DNA of 64,000 bases, from positions 10,912,001 through 10,976,000 of the forward strand of contig JBHGNT010000014.1 in NCBI GenBank assembly GCA_043228905.1. Reading direction: 5' to 3'. Numbering within the stretch: the stretch's first letter is position 1; each line of letters begins with the position of its first letter. This stretch comes from Azolla caroliniana (lineage: Eukaryota; Plantae; Polypodiophyta). This document shows, in pieces, positions 23,532 through 36,140 of the stretch. Made by a program: the position numbers and the translations under genes. The notes under the pieces are model-generated. The model saw only the letters and a list, made by a program, of their open reading frames with translations. It ran no database searches and was not told the DNA's origin.

Positions 23532-25706
23532 CTACTTAGTTCTAATATTGACTCTGGGTTTGGTTCGTAAGCCTCGTCGTGGAGTGTAGCGGGCATGGCA
23601 TACTCCGTTGTGGTTTCGATGACATCGATTTCAAATAGCGGAATGATCCAGGGGTGCTCGTCTAGGTATACCTCTAATTTTGTATCCTCCACCCAAGCCA
23701 ACATATTTATATTCTCCGCGTATAATGGTGTTATGCCCTTCAGTTGTGCCGCTATTTCCTTTGTTGGTACACAGACCTTCGTGCGTCCGCGTCAAAAGCT
23801 GATACACTTGTGTTGCTAGCTCTGCTTGATATTCGCTGAACGAAGCCATGGTTTGCCCAACAGCATAGGATACGCTCCTAGGGCATCAAGGGCGAGGACC
23901 ACCACCGAGATGTCAAAGCGATGTCCTCCCATGATAATTCCTACCTTGCGTATCAAACCCAATGGTCGTACTGAGCGGGTATCCGCCATGCGAAGCCAAA
24001 ACGGGCAAGCTTCCCACTCTGAATTTCCCAATTGTTTGCATGTCTTCGCGCTAATTACATTAAGGCCCGAGCCGCCGTCGATTACGCATCCTGGGATTGC
24101 CTGACCATGTAGTATCAACTTAATAGCCGGATTGTGGTGATCCACCACTGTTGGTCTGGCGTTGATGTCCGTAAAATTTGCGGCAACGCTTACCCCAGGT
24201 TTGCCCGTTATCTGCTCTTCCACGGCCTGGTGAAATCGTGGGACTAGTTGTAGTAGGTTCTCCATGGTTAACGTTATCTCACAGCCTGTGAGTGCTTGCC
24301 ATATGGGATCCGGAGATGTTCCCTCTTCCTCCAATAGTTCCATCGTGTTTGCGGACTCCTTCCGCATGTGTTCCGTATTTGCCGCATTTGTTTTTCAACC
24401 CATGCTTGGGCTGTCTGACGTATCTCATCTTGCGCGGCCCAATCAACATTTTTTGTTTGCTGACGTGTCGTGACTTGCTGTACTTCCGCCGTAATCATAT
24501 TGACGGCGGGCCCCTTGCCCTTGCGTACTGGGCATTGTGTGGCATAATGTTCGGGCTGTTGACAAACAAAACAATGGACGCTAGATTCGCCCTTCTCGGC
24601 AACTAGTGGTGTGTGGCGATCCCCAGGTGTGACTTGCTCCTCCCGGTCCTGATTCGTACGCGGTGGTTGTTGTTGGTCCCGACGCGGTTCCTAGTCCGGT
24701 CATCATACCGCTATTGGTCCCAATACTAACGATGTTTTCCGCGAGGCCCATTGAAGCCGCCACGTTTGTTTGTCAGATAGTAATTCTCATAGCGTCGACC
24801 CCCTTTAGTATTTCTGTGGTTGCCACGGTAGTCTTCATCCTCCGGCTCATCTTCCTCGGAATCGTTGTGATTCCGGCGATTCCGGTAGTGCCGGTCATCG
24901 CATGGGTTCCGATCCATATACCGAGGTCGTTCTTCTTGACACCTTTGCACATTTCGGCGTGGGGGACGTTGTGTTTCCATGCTGCGTAATGTGGGCGTGG
25001 ATTTGTTCAACATATTGTACTCGCACTGCTCAATTGTGTGAGCTCTCGACTGACAGATTGGACAGTGGATTCGCATGTTGCATTCAACTGCGGAATGCCC
25101 TGAATTTAAGCAAATCGTGCACTGGATCGCTCGGAGAAAATGTCGTTCCTCGTCCTGAGGTAATGCATGTCGTAATGAGTACTTGGAAAACCTTTCCTCT
25201 TCTTCGTTCAGCTCGAGCTGTAGCTCTCGTTCTATGAGCATATCAGTTGTTTCCCCTTTCACGCTATTGTTGTTCAATGTTGTCCGTATGGGTCGTCGTA
25301 ATGCTGCTAGAAATGTCTCCCTAGCCTTGTCCTCTGTGGAATCCCGTTCTAATTTTTGTCGTAGATTTTGGAAGCGTAAACGGAAATCCGTTACCATCTC
25401 GGTCAGCAACTGTTTAATTGTGTAAAACTGACTGAGGATTTCACGTTGCGGCACCCTCCAATGAAAACAACGCAGAAAGGCTGACTGTACCTGGTCGAGG
25501 GTCGTCATCGCTAGCAGATCCATCTGCGAATGCCAAAATGCCGCTCTCCCATCCAAGGTTAATCCGAACTCCATCATTTTGGACTCGTGCGCTACTGCTT
25601 AGGAAAGGCTCTACGCCATGTGGTTTGCATTCCAGACATTTACGAACAGTCAAATGTGGGTTGCGGCGTCGGTATTGCCGTTAAAGCGGGGATAAGAAAA
25701 GGCCAT
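23532..25706 (-). pseudogene. gag: Element C gag and protease, degenerate
   Basis: MAFSYPRF start at 25706; knuckles CTICLNSGHSAVEC and CPICQSRAHTIEQC; VIDGGSG..CPFWLRMADT protease. Confidence 0.88.
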
Positions 25707-25981
25707 GCTGGATGCTATGGCGGCCAGGGAAAGACCACAATGCTTTTGTGGTGAGCGCGCTTCCTGTGTGTCGCCGAGGTATTTGGGGAGCGAGAAATCG
25801 TCTTTGTGGTCCCGACAGGTATCACTAAGGTCACTAAGGCGAGGCTTTTGCCGTGCGTGTTCCTCTACCTGGTGTGTGTGATGGACCTTGTGATTGGTCA
25901 GTCTTGTTGTGTTAGTTCTCTAGGGCGTCTATTGTCGTTGTTCGTCTGTGAGAAGACACAGATCACCAAGCGTGCCAAAAG

Positions 25982-26450
25982 CGTTACTGATTAGGAACAC
26001 GGTCTACGGTCAGTCCTTCGACCTAGACCTCAAAGCGACTATGTTGCAACGAATGGTATCGTCGTAGCGTAATACTTAGTGGGATACCTCTCGTATCCTA
26101 GTAGCATATAAGGGAGTCGGCTACAACCGAACTCCTTAGACCATGGACTAGCAACCACACTATTACTCACGCCTACGCTCTTACGACTACGCTACGCCAC
26201 CAAGAATCACAGACACACAGTAGATTAACCACAGATACGCACATGGATTAGAGAAGATAGAACTCTATTAAGATACGCCTTTTACATTAAAAAATACACG
26301 CTACATCTTTCAGAGGTTTTCTGCCCTTTATATATGTAGGGTCTTTTAGCCGTTCACGCTTCCCGCGTGAACCGTTTACATGTGTTACAATATTATTATA
26401 TTCTATATTTCTGCGCTCTTGTCCATCGATTACTATTCCGGCGGACAACA
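25982..26450 (-). repeat. 5' LTR of element C (~470 bp)
   Basis: Begins TGTTGTCC on the minus strand at 26450, ends 4 nt before the PBS, and has a TATA-like element near 26330. The inner terminus reads CG instead of CA. Confidence 0.7.
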
Positions 26451-27433
26451 ACGGGTTTAAACCCTAATTTCTCCGAGAAAAAGACACGTATTAAAGATGG
26501 CTATGGGCAACAACAATACACAAAAATATTCCGCAATACACAACAATACACGAGATAATCAATAGACAGAATAGTTATTCTAATCCAAGACCGAACAATG
26601 ATGGTAATCGAGGGCCGAATAGTGGCGGCAACTGAGTGTAAAATGGCGGCAATGGAGGGGTGAACTCTGTTTGATCGAACAGTTTTGACAATCCAAGACC
26701 GAACAATGGTAGCAATTAAGTGTAGAATGATGGCAATGGAGGAGTGAATTCTGTCGGATCAAACTGTGGCAGATAATGCTTGGAATGCACAGTGACAACA
26801 TATGAGAGTAGAATGGCAGCAGTGGAGAAGGAGTGAACTCCTTCGGATCGAAAAGTGGTAGCAATACACCACTGAACAGTAGCGGCAACTAAGTGTAGAA
26901 TGATGGCAATGGATGAGTGAACTCCGTCAAATCGAAAAGTGGCAGCAATCCAGGACCGAACAGTAGCGGCAACTAAATGCAGAATGATGGCAATGGAGTG
27001 AACTCCGTCAAATCGAAAAGTGGCCGCAATCCAGGATCGAACAGTAGCGGCAACTAAGTGTAGAATGATGGCAATGGAGGAGTTAACTCTGTCAGATCGA
27101 ATAGTGGTAGATGATGCTTGGAACGTGTTGGGAAATCGGTCTCTCCGAAAGGGATCCGGTGATGAATAAAGAGGACCTGGTGAGAACTGGAAGAGATCTG
27201 GAAACCGGAGGAGACCCGGTGAGAACTGGAAGAGAAGACAGATTTGTAAATATGTCTTGAATAAGCCCATTGAGGCTATATATTTGTAAATAGCCCTAAT
27301 TTTATATAACTATAAATATGACTTAGGGAAATCACCTTAGGATGTGTGATTTGTGTTGTTGTCATATTGTTGTAACTATTGTACAGAGACAGTGAGAGAG
27401 AGAGACAGATACAGAGTGATACTCTGTTGTAAC

Positions 27434-30400
27434 TGTGAAGTCGATTTTTGCTCATAGGAAAAGACCGTGAAAAATACATTGGATGCGAAGGTATAGAAGA
27501 ATAAAGCACAATATGAAAGACCACGACTTAAAAGATAAATGAGATTGAAGAGAAATAAAGTTAGAGGCGTTCTTCAAAGGTAGAAAAAGAAAAAAAAAAG
27601 TAAAAGAAGAAAAACGCAGGAAATTAAGTAGAAAAAGCATGGTAGAGAAAAAAGCTCATAACTTCTTCATCTCTTATCCAAATTTCAAAAGAAAATATTA
27701 ATAAGAAAGCTAACAAAGAGAGCTTTCTTGTATGATAAATTTAATGATATGAAAAACGCACCACACAAACTCGAGGATATGTAAAAGAAAAGAAAAGAAA
27801 AAGCAAGAATAACGCACCTAAAAACCTATAACTATGAGGGTATTCTTAGCAATTGGAGAGACGACGGGGGAATAGAATAGTTACGAAGGAAGGAGGATAG
27901 ATTATCTACAAGAAGAAGGAAGAAATAATAAGAGGGTTATAAGAATCTTAGTAGAAGAAAGGGTGAAGAAGGAAATAATTTTTTGTCTGATATTATATTT
28001 AAGTAGTTATTTGGTTTTCATTACTCTTAGAGTATAAGAGTATTGTATTCTTTTCTTATTAGTATATTGAAGCATTCTTTTTTCCTCCTCCTCTCTTCTC
28101 TATCATTTTTCTGTATCTCTTCATCATTTTGGTGCTCCAGAGGGGGTCGATCCTTTCGTATAACAGGAGGAACAATTGTTCACTCATTGATGGTTGGATC
28201 TACCAATTCATCATCAAACTTATGGCAAGATATGGAGTTCGCGATGCGACAGATCTATGAAGATAACTTTTCCAATTGCATATGGTTTCATCAATGTGCT
28301 ACCTCGAGTATGAGAAGACGTTTTTGGATATATGGTCGACTTGGATTCGACTTGTTGGAGGCGTTGAAGATGTATACTTCAAGATGCAAAGTTTCAAAGC
28401 AGGGCTAGATCCATATTTTCAATATGAAGTGCATATGAAGTACCCAAGGTCTTTCTATGATTTGCTTCGAGTATGTCAAAGTTATGATCAGAAATTGAAG
28501 AAGCTGATATTTGGTGAAGCATATGGAGTATTGATGTCATATACCATAAATCCAAGCTATAATAATTGTGGATCGGTCATGAGGCAACAACCAGCATACT
28601 TGCAATGTCCGATTCAACAGGTTCCCTCATATCATTATTCTAATTTTTGGAGTTATAATGATGTCTATGAAGGTGTTTCCAGAGACAAAGAAGAAGAGGC
28701 GATGAATGTGGAGTTCCCCCATCTAGTTCATGAGGACAACCATGATATAAAGAGTGATTATGTGAAAGAGGAATCCAAGGAGATTTTTATGAGAAGCGAT
28801 GCTATGGATGGTGATGCCAATGTACATCATGTTGAGGACATTATTGATACAACAAGCGATACGGTGGTTGATGATGAATATGTGCAAGATGAAATGGAAG
28901 ATATGTCACAAAAAGTTGTTGATAGTGAAGTACCCACAACAGAGTTGCAAGATGAAGAAGGTGACCTCGAAGTGATAGCTGGAGATTGGCTTTTGGAGAT
29001 CAATGCGTGTAAGGAAGCATTGGTAAATGTCAAGTTGCAGTGTATGAAGTTGTTTGTGCAAGTCTATTTGTGTTTTGGATTTGCATTGAGTAGCAACAAA
29101 GTTATGTGGGCATCAACTCTTCAACAAGAATTTGATCAAGAGCCCTAAAGGGGAAAAAGAAGATGATTTCAAATGATGTCCAAGGAGAAGAGGATCTAAG
29201 GTTTATTTCTCTTCTTTTTAAGATTCCAAAGTTATTCATAAATGACTATTCACAGATAAGAGTAGACGGCATCCAACACCACATCAAGTTGGAGGATTTG
29301 AAGTTTGTCTCACCTATTGTTGTGGTTCCAAAGGAGAAAGACATCAACTTCCAGCCCTTGAATGATTCAACCAAACGAGATCTATTTTTGCTTCCTTTTC
29401 GAGATGAGATTATAGATGAAATGGTCAAACATACAAAACAAGGTAGTGTGGAGAATGTCATGTGCTAAGAAGGAATTCACGTGGAATCAAAGATCAAAGT
29501 AATTCAAAAGGTGACAACTCCGGCAAGTCTCAAAGCTTTCACGGTGTTTGTGCAAAAGGTTCGCTCACACAAAAGGTTTATTCATATGATGACATGCTTA
29601 CTTCTCTCAAGAACTATGTATCGCATGACCCTACTCGTGTTTGGAGAGTTGACAAAGACATAGTAATTGTGGTAACCTCTTTCTTTGTGTTGACAAGGAG
29701 AAAGATGGCGATGGCAATTGTCAATGTGTGTGTGGGTGTGTGAGGTTTTTCCTACCGACTAGCGGGGGTTTTACCCACATAATTTGTTTTATTTATTCTC
29801 TCCTTCTTTTACTATAGCCATGAATAAGGCGAAGGAGAATTTTTTGTTTTACTAGTAGCTTAGGGTTCACCATAAATGGTTCACCAAAAAGCGAGGGCTA
29901 AATGTGAAGTCGATTTTTGCTCATAGGAAAAGACCGTGACAAATACATTGGATGCGAAGGTATAGAAGAATAAAGCATAATATGAAAGGTCCAAGAATAA
30001 AGCATAATATGAAATAAAGTTAGAGGCGTTTTTCAAAAGTAGAAAAAGAAGAAAAAATGAAAAACAAAAAAAACGCAGGAAATTAAGCATAAAAAGCAAG
30101 GTAGAGAAAAAAGCTCATAACTTCTTCATCTCTTATCCAAATTTCAAAAAAAAGTATTCGTAAGAAAGCTGACAAAGAGAGATTTCTTGTATGAAAAATA
30201 TTGATGACAAAATAGGAATAATGATATGAAAAACGCACCACATAAACTCGAGAATATGTAAAAAAAAGAAAAGAAAAGGCAAGAATAACCCAACGAAAAA
30301 CCTTTAAGTATGAGGGTATTCTTCGCAATTGGAGAGACGAGGGGGGAATAGAATAGTTACGGATGGAGGAAGAATAGAATATCTACAAGGGAGGATAGAT

Positions 30401-30624
30401 TATGTACAAGAAGAAGGGAGAAAGAATAAGAGGGTTATAAGAAGCTTAGTAGAAGAAAGGGTGAAGAAGGAAAGACTTTTTTGTCTAATATTATATTTAA
30501 GTAGTTATTTGGTTTTTGTTACTCTTAGAGTATATGAGTATTGTATTCTTTTCTTATTGGTATATTCAAGCATTCTTTTCTCCCCCTCCTCTCTTCTCTA
30601 TCATTTTTCTCTATCTCTTCATCA
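27434..30624 (+). mobile_element. Non-autonomous Gypsy-derived LTR element D (3.2 kb), TSD GTAAC
   Basis: LTRs 27434-28126 and 29903-30624 (TGTGAAG..CTTCATCA); PBS-like TGGTGCTCCAGAGGGGGTCGA 28130-28150; purine-rich tract 29886-29902; GTAAC at 27429-33 and 30625-29. Confidence 0.92.
28190..29600 (+). pseudogene. Element D internal region: gag-like domain, acidic segment and compressed RT remnants
   Basis: FKAGLDPYFQYEVHMKYPRSFYDLL resembles a gag C-terminus. IQHHIKL, VSPIVVVPK and FQPLNDSTKRDLFLLPFRDEIIDEM match separated blocks of Gypsy RT. Confidence 0.65.
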
Positions 30625-30906
30625 GTAACCGCCACTGTACGAAAAAACAGAGCTCGAGGTCGTTGCCTCCAAGTCACTGATTGTACCCCTTCTCTTCATA
30701 GTGATAGTTCAGAGTCTATGGGCTCCCATGGTTTTTCCCTATTAGGGTTTTCCACGTAAACATCCAGTGTCATTTTTTTCTTGTGTACTCTCCACTTCCT
30801 ATTTCTGTCTTTTGATTCCTCTAGAAGTGATTTACTACTCGGTTGTGGCCGAGCGATATTTCGTGCATTTCTCTTCAAACTGGTATCACAGCAAACAACA
30901 CAAGAA

Positions 30907-33900
30907 ATGGAAGAATCGTTCGGCGGCATGTTTAAGCTCACCGGCTCCAGCTACTCAATGTGGAAGTCGAAGATGAGGGATATGCTAGCGGTCAAAGATC
31001 TTTGGTTGCCGGTTCAGTTCGGGGACAAGAGACCGGATAAGATCGACACCACAGTGTGCGAGGTAATGCACATGAAGACGACGACATATATCCAGTGCTT
31101 CATCGACAGGACCTTGTACAACAACTTCAACGAAGAGAGAAAGGCTCATGAACTCTAGGAGAATATCGACATTTTGTTCCAAAACAAAAATGTTGTTAAT
31201 CGGGTTTTGGTATTCCGGAAGCTAGTGAGGCTCTGGTACCAAGATGGCTCCAGTATGGCAGAGCACATGAATGCCTTCCAGGGACTGATCCACCAGGAAA
31301 CCTCATTGGAAGTACCTCTCGCCGATTAGGTACTTGCTCTACTCCTGCTCGGTTCCCTCCCGGATACCTGGGAGACGTTAGTTGTCACGTTGGGCAACGT
31401 CAGGCCAGAAGGAAAATAGCTATCCCAAGCAAGGGTCATGTCGAGCTTGCTAGATGAGGAGGCACGTATTAGTGATAACATTTGACCGTCGCTCATCACA
31501 TTGACTCTCCGTACATCTCGTACGGGGTAACACAATATGGCACGCCCGTGGGAAAGTACCTTGCATGTCGATCCCACATGCCTTGATGATGATATTTCTT
31601 CAACCAGAACTTCCATCGGTCCTTTCAATGATCGACTCCCTCGATCGGAATGCTTGACTCGAACATCTTTGTCGGTCAGCAAATCGTCCGCGACACAAAC
31701 ATTCTTGTTCTGTCGGCTTACGAACTTCCCCGTACGAGATGTACGGAGATACAATTTGATGAGCGAGGGTCAAATGTTATCATGATGATTTTTGTGTGTG
31801 TGTAGGGGGCATAAATGTAATTGTGAGTCGATATGTATGTGAACACATGCACACGTGTGTGCATGTGGATGGATACGAGGAGGTGTGAGTGAGTGTCCAG
31901 TATGAATGCTCCAGGGGGCTTACACCCCTTTGTATCTACCCCCTCTTGTACTATTTAAACCCTTATGGGGAATGAATGAATGAATGATCATTTTCTCTCT
32001 CAATCTCTCTCTCTCACTTGTCATCTCTCTTTCTCTCTCTCTCCCCCTCAACGTTCAATCCCCTTGGGAGGGGGGTGGAGCCATTCTAGGCACCACCCCC
32101 CACCCCGGAATGCTTCTCAATGCACATGATCTCTCTCGCCATCAATCCCATACTCTCCATCATCATCATAACCACCATGTCAATCTTTATCATGATTATC
32201 ATTTTCCTTAACCCTAACCCTAAAATATTAACAACTGTCGACATTTCCAGAAAGACAAGGGAACTGACAGTACTGATTCGAAGAAGTCACTAGACCGAAA
32301 CGGTTCAGATTGGCGAGGACCAGACCGGAAGGGGACGACGGCGATCGCGGCAACTGAAGAAGAACTAATGCTCATCACCGAGGAGAGTGAGTTGAACCTG
32401 GCCGTCGATGAGATAACGTGGGTTGTCGATTCCGGAGCGTCGTTCCACCTTACCCAGGACCGGAAATGCTGCTCATCCTACACAACCGGTGAGCACGACT
32501 TTGTCCGGATGGGGAATGAAGGGACATGCCGAATTATCGGCATAGGAGATGTGCTATTGACGACATCAACCAGATGCAAGTTGCTGTTGAAGGATGTCTG
32601 ACATGTTCAGGAGGTTTGACTGAAGCTGATATCAGTTAGTCGGCTAGATAATGAAGGCTACACAGGTAACATCCGGAACGGTGTCATGAAGTTATGCAAA
32701 AGGAGCTTAATAGTGGCTCGAGCCCGGAAGGTCAACACATTGTACTTGATGAATGTTGGATATGCTGGGAAGAAGTGAATGTAGGATCCGACACTGCCGG
32801 TGAGTTGTGGCACAAAAGACTGTGTCACATGAGTGAGAAGGGGATGAAGAGGCTTGCCAAAGACAACCTCATTCCGGTGAAGGACGTGCAACTTAAAAAC
32901 TGCACCGACGGCCTGGCCGGAAAGCAAAACCGCACCTCCTTCCTGTCAAGACCACCGATGAGACAGAATGCACCACTGGAGCTGGTGCATACTGATGTGT
33001 GTCAGGTTGACAAGAAGTCACATGCTAGATCGTAGTACTTCGTGACGTTCATAGACGACCACCGCCAGAAGCTGTGGGTCTCACCGTTGATGAAAAAGGA
33101 CCAAGTGTTATCTGTCTTCAAGGAGCTCCGCGTGAGAGTGGAAAGAGAAACCAGCCGAAAGCTGAAGGCGGTTTGAGCAGATAACGGAGGAGAATAGCGG
33201 GGGTAGTTCGAGGAGTACTGCCGGTCAAAGGGAATTTGGCTCGAGTTTACTGTGCCGAAGACACCGGAACTAAACGAAGTGGCTGAAAGGATGAACCGGA
33301 CCATAATGGAGAGAGTCCGAAGCATGCTCGCACATGCCAAGTTACCCAAGACATTTGGGGCTAAGGCGCTGACGATGGCGACCTATGTGATAAACAGATC
33401 ACCCTTAGTACCCTTGGGCGGAGACTCACCGCAGAAAGTATGGACCGGTAAGGATGTGTCTTACTAGCATCTGAAGGTGTTCGGGTGTCTCGTATACGTG
33501 CATGTGGCGAAGGACAAGAGAGCAAAGCTGGATCCGAAATCCCACCCATGCATATTCCTTGTTTTCAGCTATGATGAGTTCGGTTACCGGGTGTGGGATC
33601 TGGTCGATAGAAAGGTGTTCCGGAGTCGAGACATAGTCTTCATGGAAGACAAGACCATTGCCAACTAGGAGTCGAAGAAGAAGGTAACGAACTCCGGATC
33701 ATCCATTGAAAACCGACTTGAGGACAAACGGACATACCCGATTGAAAACCGGATGTTAACCGGTAACTGGATGACACTCGATGAACCGGCCGGATACAGA
33801 CAGGAAACCGAACCAACCGAAGAAGAAGACGAAGAAGACACCAGAACCGGACAAGATCCCGAATCGGATTCAGATTTAGAACAAACGGAGGAACTGGCAG

Positions 33901-35520
33901 TCAGAAACCAAGTACGGAGATATCCTCTCCGGGAGAGAAGATCCCCCAAAGATTTCCAGATGCAGAGCATGTGTTGCTAACCGACGAGGGGGAGCCGGAA
34001 AGCTTTGAAGAAGCAAGTGGAGACACCCACAACCGCAAGTGGTTGAGTGCCATGCAAGATGAGATGGATTCCCTGCATGAGAACCACACATACAAATTGG
34101 TGGAGTTGCCGAAAGGAAAAAGGGCACTCCGGAACAAGTGGGTGTACAAGCTGAAACCGGGAGACACCAGAAATCCACCAAGGTATAATGCCCGAATCGT
34201 GGTGAAGGGCTTCCAGCAGAAGAAAGGAGTGGACTTCGATGAGATCTTTGCCCCGGTAGTAAAGATGACACCCATCTAGACGGTATTGGGCATAACGGCC
34301 AGCATGGACCTCGAGGTAGAGCAACTAGACGTCAAGATGGCATTCCTACACGGAGATCTCGAAGAAGAGATCTACATGCATCAACCGGAACGATTTGAGA
34401 AGAAAGGGAAGGAGCACCTGGTGAGCCGGTTGAAGAAGAGCCTATACGGAATGAAGCAAGCTCCCCGGCAATGGTACCGGAAGTTTGACTCCTTCATGAC
34501 CAATCAAGGGTACCACAAGACGCAGGCCGATCACTTCGTGTTTGTGAAGAAATTTGATGAGGGAGATTTCCTTATATTGCTCTTGTACGTGGATGACATG
34601 TTCATTGTCGGACGAGACCAAGTCAAGATACGGATGCTGAAGAAGGCCCTTAACCAGACCTTCTCAATGAAAGACTTGGGTCTGGCGAGACAGATACTAG
34701 GGATGCACATCATCTGGGACCGGTCAAAGAAGCAATTGTGGCTATCACAGGAAAAGTATGTGACAAAGGTGCTTCAGCAGTTTAACATGTTAAAAGCAAA
34801 ACCGGTTGGATCGACACTCCCGGCAAACTACAGATTATCCGGTAAGCAAATCCCGAAGAAAAAGGCAGAGAAGGAGGATCTGATGAAGATTCCGTATGCC
34901 TCGGTGGTTAGGAGCTTGATGTACGCAATGGTGTGTACTCAGAGTGGTGAGTTGGTTCATGAACAACCCCGGAAAAGAGCACTAGAATGCGGTAAAATGG
35001 ATACTCCGGTACATGAAGGGCACTTCGAGTATGTGCCTCCGATTCGGCTCTGGTAAACCCCTAATGGAAGGCTTTACCGATTCGGATATGTCGGTTGATA
35101 TGGACACCAGCCGGTCAACTTTTGGATATGTTATGACCTATGCAGAGGGAGCCGTTTCATGGCAATCGAGGCTACAGAAGACGGTTCCGTTGTCAACCAC
35201 GGAGGCGTACATGGCAGGAAATATTATGGATGAAGGACTTCATCGGAGAGCTAGGGATCCATCAAGAGGAATACCGACTCTACTACGACAGTCAAAGTGC
35301 CATCCACCTTGCAAAGAACGCTGCATACCATTCCAAAACAAAGCACATTTAGCACAAGTACCACTAAATCCGGGAGTGAGTTGAAGATCGAGAGTTCGTG
35401 CTGACGAAGATCCACATGGAGGAGAACGGGTCGGATATGCTGACCAAGGTGCGGACACCCAACAAGCTGGATGCATGCAAGAAGCAGATCGGACTTACAA
35501 GACATCTGATACAGGAGTGA
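30907..35520 (+). pseudogene. pol: Copia 2 gag-pol, heavily disrupted
   Basis: Collinear with Copia 1 and 4 (MEESFGGMFKL.., WVVDSGAS, LLYVDDM, STTEA); many stops and frameshifts; foreign insert at 31468-32233. Confidence 0.93.
31468..32233. mobile_element. Rearranged foreign LTR fragment: a plus-strand LTR (31728-32233) preceded by an inverted copy of its own start plus upstream internal DNA (31473-31727)
   Basis: 55-bp inverted repeat 31473-31527 / 31728-31782; TATA-like CTATTTAAA near 31950, then CT-rich tracts, ending TTAACA. It replaces ~170 bp of Copia gag and has no TSD. Confidence 0.7.
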
Positions 35521-36140
35521 AGGGGGAGATTGTTGGGAAATCGGTCTCTCCGGATGGAATCCGGTGATGAATAAAGAGGACCCAGTGAGAACTGGAAAAG
35601 ATCCGGAAACCAGAGGAGACTCGGTGAGAACCGCAAGAGATCCGGAAACCGGATCAATGGACCCAATGAGAACCGCAAGAGAAGACAGATTTGTAAATAT
35701 GTCTTGAATAAGCCCATTGCAGCTATGTATTTGTAGATAGCCCTAAGTTCATATAACTATAAATATGACTTACGACAATCATCTTAGGATGTGTGATTTG
35801 TGTTGTTGTCATATTGCTATAACTGTTGTAGAGAGAGAGAGAGGGAGAGAGAGAGATACAAAACGATACTCTGTTGTAACCGCCACTATGCGAAGAAACA
35901 GAGCTCGAGGTCGTTGCCTCCAAGTCTCTGATTGTACCCCTTCTCTTCATAGTGATAGTTTGGAGTCTGTGGGCTCCCGTGGTTTTTCCCTATTAGGGTT
36001 TTCCACGTAAACATCCTGTGTCATTTTTTTCTTGTGTACTCTCCACTTCCCATTTCTGTGTTTTGATTCTTATGGAAGTGATTTACTACTCAGTTGTTGC
36101 CAAGCGATATTCCGTGCATTTCTCTTCAGAACGCACAGTG

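Larger units (their letters stand above)
8327..26450 (-). mobile_element. Older Ty3/Gypsy element C (same broad lineage as A/B), host of three nested insertions
   Basis: 5' LTR ~25982-26450 and PBS TGGCACGCTTGGTG (25964-25977). gag/PR 23532-25706, RT/RH/INT 14919-16943, INT end 8430-9255. The reading frame is continuous across the insertions (ESILELS|KARATFERE; VATD|YCTKWVEA). Confidence 0.88.
27126..36128 (+). mobile_element. Ty1/Copia element 2 (sister subfamily of Copia 1/4), degenerate, TSD GAACG
   Basis: 5' LTR 27126-27433 + 30630-30877; PBS TGGTATCACAGC 30881-30892; PPT before the 3' LTR 35531-36128; GAACG at 27121-25 and 36129-33. Confidence 0.94.

Noticed and set aside
31473-31782. 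310-bp MITE with 55-bp TIRs
   Set aside because: There is no TSD, host sequence is deleted, and the right repeat continues into an LTR with TATA and a CA end. A fold-back of an LTR fragment explains it better.
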